DNA from: Deltaproteobacteria bacterium
GTDB taxonomy: Bacteria > UBA10199 > JACPAL01 > JAHFST01
Direction: 5' to 3'
Length of the DNA: 64,000 nucleotides
Assembly: GCA_023265625.1 (NCBI GenBank)
Contig: JAHFST010000003.1
Coordinates: forward strand, 168,482 to 232,481
In this document: piece after piece, positions 49,132 through 58,591 of the stretch
Layout: every line of letters starts with the position of its first letter
How positions within the stretch are numbered: the first letter of the stretch is position 1
Notes under the pieces: model-generated
Told to the model about the DNA's origin: nothing
Seen by the model: only the letters and a program-made list of their open reading frames with translations
The model's database searches: none
Position numbers and translations under genes: made by a program

Positions 49132-50256
49132 ATGTTCGTGAAGATTGACAGCGATCATTCAAGATTTAAACAGATCATCCGTGGAAAAATCAAAAAAGAA
49201 TTAAGGAAGTTTATTACCCATGGGGAAATGATTGGGCGTCAGGGGAAGGACCTGGTCAGTATCCCTTTGCCCCAGATTGACATGCCTCACTTTGTTTACG
49301 GACCGCGTCAGATGGGCGGCGTGGGACAGGGAGAGGGGAAGCCTGGGACAGTGATTGGCGCCGGGGAGATCGAGGGAGACGGTTCCGGTCAGGCGGGTAA
49401 TGAAGAAGGGGATCATGTCTTAGAGACCGAGCTGACGGTTGCCGAGTTGGTGGAACTCATGGGGGAGGAACTCGAATTGCCCCGCATCCAACCCAAGGGT
49501 GATTCCAATCTTAATTCCGAGAAGGAGAAATATACGGGTATTGGCATGTCCGGCCCGGAATCGTTGCGTCATTTCAAGCGAACCTACCGTCAGGCGCTCC
49601 GGCGCCAGATCATCGCGGGGAGTTATGATCCGAAACACCCCCGCATTGTGCCGATGCGGGAGGATAGGCGTTACCGGGTATCTCGCAAGGAGGTTCGACC
49701 GGAGCAAGAGGCCGTGATCATCTACATGATGGATGTGTCCGGATCGATGGGGGCGGAGCAAAAAGAGATTGTGAGGATGGAGACCTTCTGGATTGATACC
49801 TGGATCCGCGCGCACTACAAGGGGTTGCAGGCCCGTTACATTGTGCATGATGCCGTGGCGCGCGAGGTGGATCGGGATACTTTTTACAAGACCCGCGAGT
49901 CAGGTGGGACCATCATTTCCTCGGCCTATAAGCTTTGTTTAGACCTCATTCATAAACATTATCCCCCGTCCGATTGGAATATTTATGCCTTTCATTTCTC
50001 CGATGGCGACAATTGGTCGGGCAACGATACCCAGGAATGTCTGAAGCTATTGCAGGATGAGCTTTTGCCCATAGTGAACCTCTTTGGTTACGGCCAGGTG
50101 GAGAGCGAGTATGGCAGTGGGCAATTTCTCCGTGATTTAAGCGAGAAATTCTATCGCGAGGGTGGAGCTACGCATGAATCGTTGGTTGTTTCCAAGATCG
50201 CGTCACGCGACGCCATCTATGATTCCATCAAGGATTTTTTAGGGAAGGGGAGATAA
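49132..50256 (+). CDS. DUF444 protein (YeaH/YhbH family, vWA-like)
   Basis: Conserved middle gene of the prkA-yhbH-spoVR triad; 374 aa. Confidence 0.8.
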   Translation: MFVKIDSDHSRFKQIIRGKIKKELRKFITHGEMIGRQGKDLVSIPLPQIDMPHFVYGPRQMGGVGQGEGKPGTVIGAGEIEGDGSGQAGNEEGDHVLETELTVAELVELMGEELELPRIQPKGDSNLNSEKEKYTGIGMSGPESLRHFKRTYRQALRRQIIAGSYDPKHPRIVPMREDRRYRVSRKEVRPEQEAVIIYMMDVSGSMGAEQKEIVRMETFWIDTWIRAHYKGLQARYIVHDAVAREVDRDTFYKTRESGGTIISSAYKLCLDLIHKHYPPSDWNIYAFHFSDGDNWSGNDTQECLKLLQDELLPIVNLFGYGQVESEYGSGQFLRDLSEKFYREGGATHESLVVSKIASRDAIYDSIKDFLGKGR

Positions 50257-50259
50257 TCG

Positions 50260-51738
50260 ATGTCCTTGTCACCTGAATTAATCAAATGGCGTAACCACAT
50301 ACGGGAGATTGCGCTTGGCTACGGGCTCGATTTCTTCGAGGTCATCTTCGAGGTGCTCGATTGGAAACAGATGAATGTCGTGGCCTCTTACGGAGGATTT
50401 CCCAACCGTTACCCCCACTGGCGTTTTGGGATGGAGTACGAGCAGATCAGCAAGAGCTACGCCTACGGCCTGACGAAGATTTATGAAATGGTCATTAACA
50501 ACGATCCTTCCTACGCGTATTTGCTGCATTCCAACGCCTTGATGGATCAAAAGTTGGTGATGGCCCACGTGTACGGGCATTCGGATTTTTTTAAGAATAA
50601 CTTTTACTTCAGCCATACCAACCGCAAGATGATCGATGTGATGGGAAATCATCGTTCGAAGGTGCAACGCTATATTGACGAATATGGGTTGGATAAGGTT
50701 GAGGCATTCATCGATCAGTGTTTGTCTTTGGAGAACCTCATTGATTACCACAGCCCTGCCATCAAGAGACAACGCTTTCATGAAGATGAAGTGTTGGGTG
50801 AGGAAAAAGACACTAAGGTTTCTGTCAAGAAAATGAAGAGCAAAGAGTACATGGATACCTTTGTCAATCCCAGTGATTTTCTGGCGGCGCAACAAAAGAT
50901 GATCGAAGAGGCCAAGAAGAAGGAAAAGTCATTTCCCGAACACCATGAACGCGACGTGCTATTATTTTTGATCAACTATGCCCCCTTGGAGCGGTGGCAA
51001 AGGGATGTGCTCACGATGATCCGCGATGAGGCCTATTATTTTGCCCCGCAGCGGCAAACGAAGATCATGAACGAAGGTTGGGCCGCTTATTGGCATACCA
51101 CTATGATGACGCAAAAAATTTTGGACGATACCGAGGTGATTGATTATGCCGATCACCACTCTGGCACCGTGGCGCCGCATCCGGGGCGTGTCAATCCTTA
51201 CAAGCTCGGGATGGAGTTGTTTCGTGACATTGAAGATCGTTGGAACAAGGGTAAGTTTGGCAAGGAGTTTGAAGACTGTACAGACTTCAAGGAGAAGAGA
51301 GTTTGGGACAAAAAACTAGGGCAGGGACGGGATAAAATTTTTGAAGTCCGCAAACTCTACAACGACCTGACATTTCTCGATGCCTTTCTCAACGATGAAT
51401 TTTGCGTCCAGCAGAAGATGTTCACCTATGCCTACAACCCCAACAACAATACCTATGAGATTGTCGATCGTGATTGGCGGAAGGTAAAGGCCAAACTGTT
51501 ACAGTCCCTGACCAATTGTGGTAGCCCGATTATTGAAATTGTCGACGGGAATTACAACAATCGGGGGGAGATGCTGCTCAAACATCATTTTGACGGGGCG
51601 ACTCTCAAGATGGATTGGGCCTGGGAGACCTTGAAGAATCTCCAGTCTTTGTGGGATCGTCCGGTTTATCTTGAGACGATGGTGGAAGGCATTCCGAAGG
51701 TCCTAAGTTTTGACGGCAAGGAAACCCACGAAAAGTAG
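50260..51738 (+). CDS. spoVR: SpoVR family protein
   Basis: 492 aa; third gene of the prkA triad. Confidence 0.85.
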   Translation: MSLSPELIKWRNHIREIALGYGLDFFEVIFEVLDWKQMNVVASYGGFPNRYPHWRFGMEYEQISKSYAYGLTKIYEMVINNDPSYAYLLHSNALMDQKLVMAHVYGHSDFFKNNFYFSHTNRKMIDVMGNHRSKVQRYIDEYGLDKVEAFIDQCLSLENLIDYHSPAIKRQRFHEDEVLGEEKDTKVSVKKMKSKEYMDTFVNPSDFLAAQQKMIEEAKKKEKSFPEHHERDVLLFLINYAPLERWQRDVLTMIRDEAYYFAPQRQTKIMNEGWAAYWHTTMMTQKILDDTEVIDYADHHSGTVAPHPGRVNPYKLGMELFRDIEDRWNKGKFGKEFEDCTDFKEKRVWDKKLGQGRDKIFEVRKLYNDLTFLDAFLNDEFCVQQKMFTYAYNPNNNTYEIVDRDWRKVKAKLLQSLTNCGSPIIEIVDGNYNNRGEMLLKHHFDGATLKMDWAWETLKNLQSLWDRPVYLETMVEGIPKVLSFDGKETHEK

Positions 51739-52513
51739 GGGCGATCCTTGTGATCGCCCCCAGGATTGCGAGATGCAGCGATAACCCGCAGGCCAGGAGT
51801 TTCCATTCTTTAAGATAGGCCGTGATCATAAAATTAAACCCTAAAATCCCCCAATAGAATAACGGGCCCAACCACGGTAGGGGTACGGGGCGCCGTGCCT
51901 GTGTAGGTTGCGATAGCCAGGAATAAACTCCAATGATTGACAGAGCGACTAGAAACCAACCGGTAAAATTGCTGAGTGGCACTCCAAAATAGGTCCCACC
52001 GTTTGGGTAGTAAAAGATATCCCCCAAGAACCATCGGTCCCCACGAACCGCCAATGGATCAACGACGATGTCGAGGGCGGTCATGAGGAGGGCGGCCAAA
52101 AAAATCCTCCCCCTCATCCTAACCTTCTCCCCAAGGGGGAGAAGGGACTCCCTCTCCCTTTTGGGGAGAGGGCCGGGGTGAGGGGGAGCCAACCACCCCC
52201 CATATTCATAGGCTGCGTAGGCCAAAAACGAATAGGACAGCGAATCCCACAAAGGAACTCCCCAGAGCAGCAACTCCCCTGGAAGATTTTCATAACGATA
52301 GTGATACAACCCATAGGGAAAGGCCCAGCGAATTGAGGTGAATTCCGAGAGGTAGGCGATGCCGAACCCCAGGGTCAAAAAAAGAAAAGTATTTTTAAGG
52401 CCGCGATTAACAATGCCAATAGTGAGGAACGCACCCAGGAAAACAAAAATGTAAGGACGATGCATCAATGTGTACAACAGCGCAGGCCAGGAAAGGAGGG
52501 TTGGCATCGACAT
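51605..52513 (-). CDS. Polytopic membrane protein (possibly DUF422/carotenoid-biosynthesis-like), containing an in-frame REP family 2 insertion
   Basis: Multiple TM helices; the C-terminal 45 codons overlap spoVR convergently and span a REP, so the true 3' end is uncertain. Confidence 0.45.
   Translation of the reverse strand: MSMPTLLSWPALLYTLMHRPYIFVFLGAFLTIGIVNRGLKNTFLFLTLGFGIAYLSEFTSIRWAFPYGLYHYRYENLPGELLLWGVPLWDSLSYSFLAYAAYEYGGWLAPPHPGPLPKRERESLLPLGEKVRMRGRIFLAALLMTALDIVVDPLAVRGDRWFLGDIFYYPNGGTYFGVPLSNFTGWFLVALSIIGVYSWLSQPTQARRPVPLPWLGPLFYWGILGFNFMITAYLKEWKLLACGLSLHLAILGAITRIAPTFRGFPCRQNLGPSECLPPSSQDKPDDPTKTGDSSRSPRPNPS
51735..51764. repeat. REP family 1 variant GTAGGGGCGATCCTTGTGATCGCCCCCAGG; its TAG is the spoVR stop
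   Basis: GGGGCGATC...GATCGCCCC hairpin directly visible. Confidence 0.7.
52107..52188. repeat. REP family 2 compound palindrome (CCTCCCCCTCA...CTCCCCAAGGGGGAG...CTCTCCCTTTTGGGGAGAG...TGAGGGGGAG) in-frame within the membrane protein gene
   Basis: Encodes ...PHPGPLPKRERESLLPLGEKVRMRG... on the minus strand. Confidence 0.6.
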
Positions 52514-52539
52514 ATTGGGTGTGTTAGGACTTTTCTCTT

Positions 52540-52818
52540 ATGAGCGGCAAGGAATATTTTATCTTCCTCGTAGCTGGTATGGTTGCCTTACTGGGGATTT
52601 TTTTGATTTTTTTAGGAATGCAGTCTTCGGAGGATCATCCCAGTTTGCTCGGGGTGGAAGGACTGGTGGGCTTGGTGGGGGAGATGGGTGCTGAGAATAA
52701 GGTTTTGGTGCATGGTGAGTTGTGGGATACGGTGACGGAGGATGTGTTACAGGTGGGGGATCGCGTTCGGGTTTGTGGCCTGCAACCGGGGATGAAATTG
52801 GAAGTTAAAAAAATATAG
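52540..52818 (+). CDS. NfeD-like membrane protein (OB-fold partner of an SPFH protein)
   Basis: Two N-terminal TM helices plus a C-terminal beta-rich domain; directly upstream of the SPFH gene. Confidence 0.5.
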   Translation: MSGKEYFIFLVAGMVALLGIFLIFLGMQSSEDHPSLLGVEGLVGLVGEMGAENKVLVHGELWDTVTEDVLQVGDRVRVCGLQPGMKLEVKKI

Positions 52819-52826
52819 GGGGCGAT

Positions 52827-53576
52827 ATGTTTTCTTTTTCGAGCGTGCTCATCATCTTGTTTGGTCTTTATTTGCTGAGTTCCATTAAGATTTTGCGGGA
52901 GTACGAACGAGGGGTGATTTTTCGTCTTGGGCGCACCTTGAGCAAGGAAAAGGGCCCGGGGGTGATTTTGGTTTTTGCCCCTTTGGATCGTATTGTGAGG
53001 GTCTCGCTTCGTACCATCGTTTTTGATGTTCCGCCGCAAGATGTCATTTCCCGGGACAATGTGTCTCTTAAGGTCAGTGCGGTGGTCTATTTTCGGGTGA
53101 TTGACCCCAACAAGGCGGTGGTGGCGGTGGAGGATTATCTTTTTGCCACCTCGCAGATGGCTCAGACCACATTACGTAGTGTGCTGGGTCAGGTGGAGCT
53201 GGATCAATTGTTGGCGGAGCGGGAACAGATCAATCATAAACTCCAAGAAATTTTAGATCATCAGACGGAGCCTTGGGGGATCAAGGTGGCCAACATTGAA
53301 GTGAAGCAAATCGATTTGCCGCAGGAGATGCAACGAGCGATGGCCAAGCAGGCGGAGGCCGAGCGGGAACGCCGCTCCAAGGTGATTCGAGCCGAAGGCG
53401 AGGCCCAAGCGGCACAAAAGCTAGTCGAGGCGGCCAAAGAGATGCAGGATCATCCGATGAGTCTACAGATGCGCTATTTGCAAACCCTGGTGGAAATCGC
53501 CGGCGACAAAAGTTCCACCACTATTTTCCCCATCCCCATCGATTTGCTAGAGCCATTTTTTAAGAAGCGAACCTAA
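52827..53576 (+). CDS. SPFH/band-7 (stomatin-like) protein
   Basis: N-terminal TM helix; core ...[11 protein letters not shown]...VVYFRVIDP...; C-terminal coiled coil ([13 protein letters not shown]). Confidence 0.85.
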   Translation: MFSFSSVLIILFGLYLLSSIKILREYERGVIFRLGRTLSKEKGPGVILVFAPLDRIVRVSLRTIVFDVPPQDVISRDNVSLKVSAVVYFRVIDPNKAVVAVEDYLFATSQMAQTTLRSVLGQVELDQLLAEREQINHKLQEILDHQTEPWGIKVANIEVKQIDLPQEMQRAMAKQAEAERERRSKVIRAEGEAQAAQKLVEAAKEMQDHPMSLQMRYLQTLVEIAGDKSSTTIFPIPIDLLEPFFKKRT

Positions 53577-54574
53577 AGACGGAGTTTCTACTAGACATAG
53601 ACTAGTTTTATCGGATTTTTCCATTTTTGGTTTATATTTGATATCTAAGGGATGATCGAATGGTTGGCGATTGTGGTTTTTTTTGTTGTTAAAGAGGCAA
53701 ACGGAGCTGTTAAAGAGCGTAGATTCTAGATTAGGATGAGATGATGCACACGGATTCTTTGTTATAATGGGTTTTCTTGTTTTTCTCCGGTTAGCTTAAG
53801 TTCCGAACCTTTCTCTGTAACGTTGTCTCCAGGCGAAAAGCTGTTTTTGATGAATCTCTCGTAAGATCTTTGTTTTCTGGATGACCCAATCAGGATTCCC
53901 GATGAAAGGAGATGAGGAATAAGGTTGTTTCGTATGCCAGTCGTTTTGTAGAAGTTGATCAACAAGGTAGCGATATTCCATTTGGCGTTGTTCTGAGTTA
54001 GTTGCCAAGCCTAAGTAAGATGGAGCTGGGGTAATGAGAGGGTCTGCTTCTCCATAGGCGTAGTAACGGTAGGAAGAAAATTGGTTATGATTGGGGTGCT
54101 TGACCTTTCCGGCACGTTTCGGATTGAGGTCAATGTAACGCATGACTTCCAATAAATGCCTATCGGTTTGAATCATGGGTGATTTGAATCTATCCATGAC
54201 GACCTGACCCCGCCTTTTGACATGTTTGTTGTAGAGTCTAGCGAAGCGAGCATTGACCACTCTAAAAAAATCTGAAAAATCGCGTAATGAGTTCAGATGT
54301 CCTGAGAGATGAGGATGATTATCCATTAGGCAGTAGGAGTAGATTCGAACACCATAACGGTCTTTGTAGTGAAGCAGGAGGTTGTAATAAAGTTGTTTAG
54401 CCCAGGATTCCTTCAAGAGCCAATCTTGGTTGTGACATTGCCAAGTGACGTGGAAGCAAGAGTCATCTTCAAGAATGGCCGATCGAGGGAGTGAAGGCAT
54501 GAGTGAGACTAAAGCAAATTTCAGGCCAAAATAGACAAGACGAGAAATCAAGGGTTTAGCAATTTAAGACGGAG
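53575..54574 (-). mobile_element. IS200/IS605-like unit carrying a REP-associated tyrosine transposase, AT-rich, flanked by AAGACGGAG
   Basis: AAGACGGAG at 53575-53583 and 54566-54574; GC drops sharply in 53580-53800; hairpin CGTCCGAAAATCGGACG at the right end. Confidence 0.4.
53796..54551 (-). CDS. REP-associated tyrosine transposase (RAYT; IS200-like Y1 transposase)
   Basis: HuH motif ...YCLMDNHPHLSGHL... and upstream ...DSCFHVTWQCHN... are typical of TnpA_REP; 251 aa. Confidence 0.75.
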   Translation of the reverse strand: MISRLVYFGLKFALVSLMPSLPRSAILEDDSCFHVTWQCHNQDWLLKESWAKQLYYNLLLHYKDRYGVRIYSYCLMDNHPHLSGHLNSLRDFSDFFRVVNARFARLYNKHVKRRGQVVMDRFKSPMIQTDRHLLEVMRYIDLNPKRAGKVKHPNHNQFSSYRYYAYGEADPLITPAPSYLGLATNSEQRQMEYRYLVDQLLQNDWHTKQPYSSSPFIGNPDWVIQKTKILREIHQKQLFAWRQRYRERFGT

Positions 54575-54611
54575 CAAAGCGTCCGAAAATCGGACGGTAC
54601 CGACCGAAAAT

Positions 54612-54637
54612 CGAACCTTCGTCTTACGTCTTAAGAA
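54612..54637. repeat. Direct repeat CGAACCTTCGTCTTA(CGTCTTA)AGAA, copy 1 (second copy at 55985-56004), flanking gene 54640..55920
   Basis: A 15-bp exact core shared by both copies. Confidence 0.5.
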
Positions 54638-54639
54638 AA

Positions 54640-55920
54640 TCATGCCACCCTTAACCGTTCTGTAGCTTGACGCAGGCCCTGTTGTACGGCGCGCCGGTGG
54701 GGATGCCAGGCAGCGGGTAAATCGAGTTCCTCACTAACTGTATGCAAATCATCCAGGAACGCCCGTGCGACTCCTCGCAGGGAGGATGAGGTGGCGATTT
54801 CTTCACGATGGGCCTGAGGTACCAAGCAGCCGAGCAGTCCTCGGATGAGGGGCGCTTCTTCTGTCTCGATGCCATCATAGTCAATAGAACCCCAGAGGGA
54901 CTCCTCCGTGGAGGGATCGAGTGATTCCTGATGGTATACGTCCTCGATTGGCAGCTCGATTTGAGCGAGTCGATCCGCATCCTCCGTTTCTGCTTCTTCG
55001 CAGTTTTGCCAGGCGATGGCTTGATACGTTTTTTCCCGTTCCAGGAACCAGGCCGCCGCGAACAACCGTTCAGCCAGTGGGCCGATCTCGGACATGGCGA
55101 GAGACCAATGTTCCCAATCATGCCATGTAAACCCGTGTGGCTTACCGGCGAGCTCGTTGACAATGGGCCGTAACGAACAACCGATCAATCTGCACCCATG
55201 GAGCGCCGCTGCCGCGAGGTCGACCGAGTCAAAGCGCTCCGGTACCAACAAGACGGGTGTTGGGTTTTCTTTCGCCTTCCGGGGGAGATGTTCGCATTGA
55301 ACCATCGCGGTTGGGGGGAGATCGAGCCCTGGGACAAGACAAAATTTTTCCCCAGATCTTTCCGATTCTCCGGCCACCACGCAGGGCATAGTCTCAATGC
55401 CCGGTTCTGATCCGACCATCACTAAGGCATAGTTCCCTTGGTTGGGAGGTTCGAGCAACAGGGGAATTGCACCGGATTTCAATTGCCAGTGTAACTTTTC
55501 GGCTGCTGCTTGAAGATCGTGTACATCTTCATCAATCAGGGAGACGAAACCAACCTGACCAACCTGAGGCTTCCGGGTTTTATCCATCAGCTCGCTGCGA
55601 ATTTGTCGCAAAAATATCGCGCTGCCGAGCTGGTTAGCGGAGGCCCCCTGATCTAGGAGCCGTTGGATCGCAATAGCATCGGATTCGGAGAGTCCTGAGC
55701 CGAATTGGTGGATGCGTTCACGGGTTCGTCGAACTCGATCTTTGAAACTATCCTCTTTCTCTTGAGGATCCCTCGTTCTGAATAGGTCGTTTGGCACGCA
55801 ACAGGACTCATGGAACCAAGGGGACGTCTGATCGCCGAGATGTGCCGCGACATAGGAAGGGAGCCGAGCGGGGAAAGTTGAGACGATTTGACTGGCCTGA
55901 AAGAGGGTTCGATGAGTCAT
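54640..55920 (-). CDS. Hypothetical protein (426 aa)
   Basis: Long ORF, no recognisable motif; bracketed by the direct repeats. Confidence 0.45.
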   Translation of the reverse strand: MTHRTLFQASQIVSTFPARLPSYVAAHLGDQTSPWFHESCCVPNDLFRTRDPQEKEDSFKDRVRRTRERIHQFGSGLSESDAIAIQRLLDQGASANQLGSAIFLRQIRSELMDKTRKPQVGQVGFVSLIDEDVHDLQAAAEKLHWQLKSGAIPLLLEPPNQGNYALVMVGSEPGIETMPCVVAGESERSGEKFCLVPGLDLPPTAMVQCEHLPRKAKENPTPVLLVPERFDSVDLAAAALHGCRLIGCSLRPIVNELAGKPHGFTWHDWEHWSLAMSEIGPLAERLFAAAWFLEREKTYQAIAWQNCEEAETEDADRLAQIELPIEDVYHQESLDPSTEESLWGSIDYDGIETEEAPLIRGLLGCLVPQAHREEIATSSSLRGVARAFLDDLHTVSEELDLPAAWHPHRRAVQQGLRQATERLRVA

Positions 55921-55996
55921 TTGGCCCTTTTTTACCGACTTTAGTGATATTTGCCAGTTTTTTCAAGTGGAGGTATTCGTGACCCGAACCTTCGTC

Positions 55997-56986
55997 TTAA
56001 GAAGCGGGGGTGAAGTCGGCGTGGACTAGTTGGACGAACTCGGTGACTAGTTTGGGGTCCCATTGGCCCCAATCTTTTTCGGCGGCGAGTATCTTAGTGG
56101 CCTCCTCAAAATGCATCGCTTTGCGATAGGGGCGATTGGTGGTCATGGCATCAAAGGTATCCACAATTGAGGCAATCCGGGCGGGGAGTGGGATTGTTTC
56201 ACCCTCTAAGCCATCCGGATGGCCGCCACCATCAAAACGTTCATGATGACTTCGGATGACACAAAGTGATGATTGGAGAGAACGGAGCGGGCAGCAGATG
56301 TCATATCCCTTTTGCGGATGGAGTCGGACATGGGCAATTTCCTCCGGGGTGAGGGGGCCCTGCTTGTGCAGAATGGCCTCATCCACACCAATCTTGCCAA
56401 TGTCATGAATCAAGCCACCACGCCAGATGGCATTTTGTTCTTTTTCTGACAGCCCAATCGCCTTGGCCATGTGACGGGAATAGCGTGCGACCCGCTCGGA
56501 ATGGCCGCGTGTATAAGGATCTTTTGTCTCAATTGCTTGCGCCAACGAGAAGAGGATATTTTCACTCGTATCGAGGTCGTCATACAGGAGTTTCATCCGG
56601 AGCAAGGAACGGATCCGGGTGGCCAGCTCTAGTTTATTGAAGGGTTTGATCAGAAAATCATCGGCACCAAATTCAATCGCCTTTAATTTATCATCGAGTT
56701 CTCGCAAGGCAGTAACGATGATAATCGGGATAAAACAGAACTCCCTGTCTGATTTCATAAACTGACAAACCTCATATCCGCTCATCTTGGGCATCATGAG
56801 ATCGAGTAGGACCAGATCAGGCTTCCAACTACGAACTTTATCCAGGGCTTGCAATCCATCTTGGGCCGTTTCTAAATCGTAGCCAGAGGAGCGCAGTTGT
56901 AATTTTAGCAGTTCGATATTTGCCGGGTTATCATCAACGAGTAAGATGCGGGGTGGACGATTGAATTCAGAGGTTAACTCAATCAT
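55997..56986 (-). CDS. Two-component response regulator with an HD-GYP phosphodiesterase domain
   Basis: Receiver domain (LLVDDNP...DLVLLDLMMP...K), then HD motifs HSERVA, HDIGKIG, HHERFDGGGHP (GYP variant). Confidence 0.85.
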   Translation of the reverse strand: MIELTSEFNRPPRILLVDDNPANIELLKLQLRSSGYDLETAQDGLQALDKVRSWKPDLVLLDLMMPKMSGYEVCQFMKSDREFCFIPIIIVTALRELDDKLKAIEFGADDFLIKPFNKLELATRIRSLLRMKLLYDDLDTSENILFSLAQAIETKDPYTRGHSERVARYSRHMAKAIGLSEKEQNAIWRGGLIHDIGKIGVDEAILHKQGPLTPEEIAHVRLHPQKGYDICCPLRSLQSSLCVIRSHHERFDGGGHPDGLEGETIPLPARIASIVDTFDAMTTNRPYRKAMHFEEATKILAAEKDWGQWDPKLVTEFVQLVHADFTPAS

Positions 56987-57043
56987 TAGGCCCCCAGTCT
57001 AGACTGATTAGTTTCAATTGTCCATGGTAAATACCTATTTTAC

Positions 57044-57400
57044 ATGGGAAAACCGCTTGACACGGGAGGGGAATTGGCCCAAAGGAGGGGGATGTTCTGG
57101 CTCCTGAAGAAGCTTATTTCCTTGGGCATTTTGATTGTTATTGGGTGGTTCGTTCTCAATATGGATGTCCAGGGGCGGCCCGTGAAGGATCGGCTCAATG
57201 AATTTGTCCGGTCACCCTTGGTTCAGGCATTTTATCGGTTTAGCAAGGAGCAGGCAACTTTGTTCTTGCAGAAAAACCTAAAAACGGCCAATGAGCCGCA
57301 GCAGGTAGGGCCCGTCGCGCCGCCTCTGGATGACAAGCTTTCGGACCGGGATCGGAAAAAATTGGAAGAGTTATTGAACAAGCAAGGGGTTCAGCATTAA
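57044..57400 (+). CDS. Hypothetical membrane protein (118 aa)
   Basis: One N-terminal TM helix. Confidence 0.4.
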   Translation: MGKPLDTGGELAQRRGMFWLLKKLISLGILIVIGWFVLNMDVQGRPVKDRLNEFVRSPLVQAFYRFSKEQATLFLQKNLKTANEPQQVGPVAPPLDDKLSDRDRKKLEELLNKQGVQH

Positions 57401-57417
57401 TCACAAAGGAGAGTTGT

Positions 57418-57660
57418 ATGGCAGAGAATTGCAAAGTTTCGGGATGTAAGCGGCCTTATCGGGCCAAAGGGTATTGCAATGTGCATTATCGGGGATGGCG
57501 TCAGGGCGAGTTGCCGCATCCGCGTTATAAGACTTGTTCCAAGGATGAATGTCGCAAGCCGGTGACCAAAAAAGGCCTTTGTGCGAACCATCTCAAAGAG
57601 GTTTATCCCAAATTGGCCCCGGCGGAGGCGTCCCCTGCTGCAGAGACCGCGGCCCTGTAG
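57418..57660 (+). CDS. Small Cys-rich protein (putative zinc ribbon), 80 aa
   Basis: CKVSGCKRPYRAKGYC and CSKDECRKPVTKKGLC give paired CxxC motifs. Confidence 0.4.
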   Translation: MAENCKVSGCKRPYRAKGYCNVHYRGWRQGELPHPRYKTCSKDECRKPVTKKGLCANHLKEVYPKLAPAEASPAAETAAL

Positions 57661-57693
57661 GGGCGTATTGCCATACGCCCCACATACGCCCCC
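57657..57693. repeat. REP family 1 variant GTAGGGGCGTATTGCCATACGCCCCACATACGCCCCC; its TAG is the stop of 57418..57660
   Basis: Left arm and loop identical to the 2356 and 3494 units. Confidence 0.7.
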
Positions 57694-57699
57694 ACCACA

Positions 57700-58350
57700 A
57701 TGACCACGTCATTGACGGAATATTTCCAGTCCGCCTTGCAGCAATTGGGGCCACAATCTTGGTGGCCGGGTGAAACTCCTTTCGAGATCTGTGTTGGGGC
57801 CATCCTGACGCAAAACACCAATTGGACCAATGTTGAAAAGGCCATTGCCAATCTCAAGTCTCATGAGCTGTTAGATCCGCACAGGCTTTGGGCCTTGCCT
57901 GATCTGGAGTTAGCCCAACTCATCCGTCCTGCCGGTTATTTCAATATCAAGACCAAGCGGCTGAAGAATTTTCTCCAATTTTTATTGGAAAACTATCAAG
58001 GGGATCTGACGCAGATGTTTGCGGAACGTTTGGAACCCTTGCGGGAGAAACTGCTCTCTGTCAAAGGGATCGGTCCGGAGACCGCTGATTCGATTTTACT
58101 CTATGCCGCCCAAAAGCCTATCTTTGTGGTGGATACCTACACCAAGCGGATTTTTACGCGGCATCAAGTGATCTCGGAAGAGGCCGATTATCATGAGATT
58201 CAGGATCACTTCATGCGCCATTTGCCGGACGATACTCAAACCTACAATGAGTTTCATGCCCTGATTGTCAATGTTGGAAAACACTGGTGTAAGCCAAAAC
58301 CCGATTGTGAGCACTGTCCTTGGCGGGGGTATTTGCCCGACTTAAAATAA
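57700..58350 (+). CDS. Endonuclease III-like HhH-GPD DNA glycosylase family protein
   Basis: HhH-GPD region ...LSVKGIGPETADSILLYA... plus a C-terminal CxxC (KPKPDCEHCPW). Confidence 0.7.
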   Translation: MTTSLTEYFQSALQQLGPQSWWPGETPFEICVGAILTQNTNWTNVEKAIANLKSHELLDPHRLWALPDLELAQLIRPAGYFNIKTKRLKNFLQFLLENYQGDLTQMFAERLEPLREKLLSVKGIGPETADSILLYAAQKPIFVVDTYTKRIFTRHQVISEEADYHEIQDHFMRHLPDDTQTYNEFHALIVNVGKHWCKPKPDCEHCPWRGYLPDLK

Positions 58351-58539
58351 CTACGAGTCACCCTTTTTATTATTCTCGAGCTTTGCCTTCACAATCATAT
58401 AGAGGGCCCCATAGGCCAGCAGACCGATGCCGCTGAGGATGATGTAGAGGACGATATGAGGATTTTCCCAGACGAGTTTGACTGTCCCGATCACGAGCAG
58501 AAAGACCGCAAAGGTGATGATATGGATCTTCCAGTTCAC
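58351..58539 (-). CDS. Small membrane protein (62 aa)
   Basis: Two hydrophobic helices; coding status uncertain. Confidence 0.3.
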   Translation of the reverse strand: MNWKIHIITFAVFLLVIGTVKLVWENPHIVLYIILSGIGLLAYGALYMIVKAKLENNKKGDS

Positions 58540-58591
58540 TCCGCTATTTTACCGCTTTGTTCCCCCTAAGAGAAGGGGATTATTAATGATT

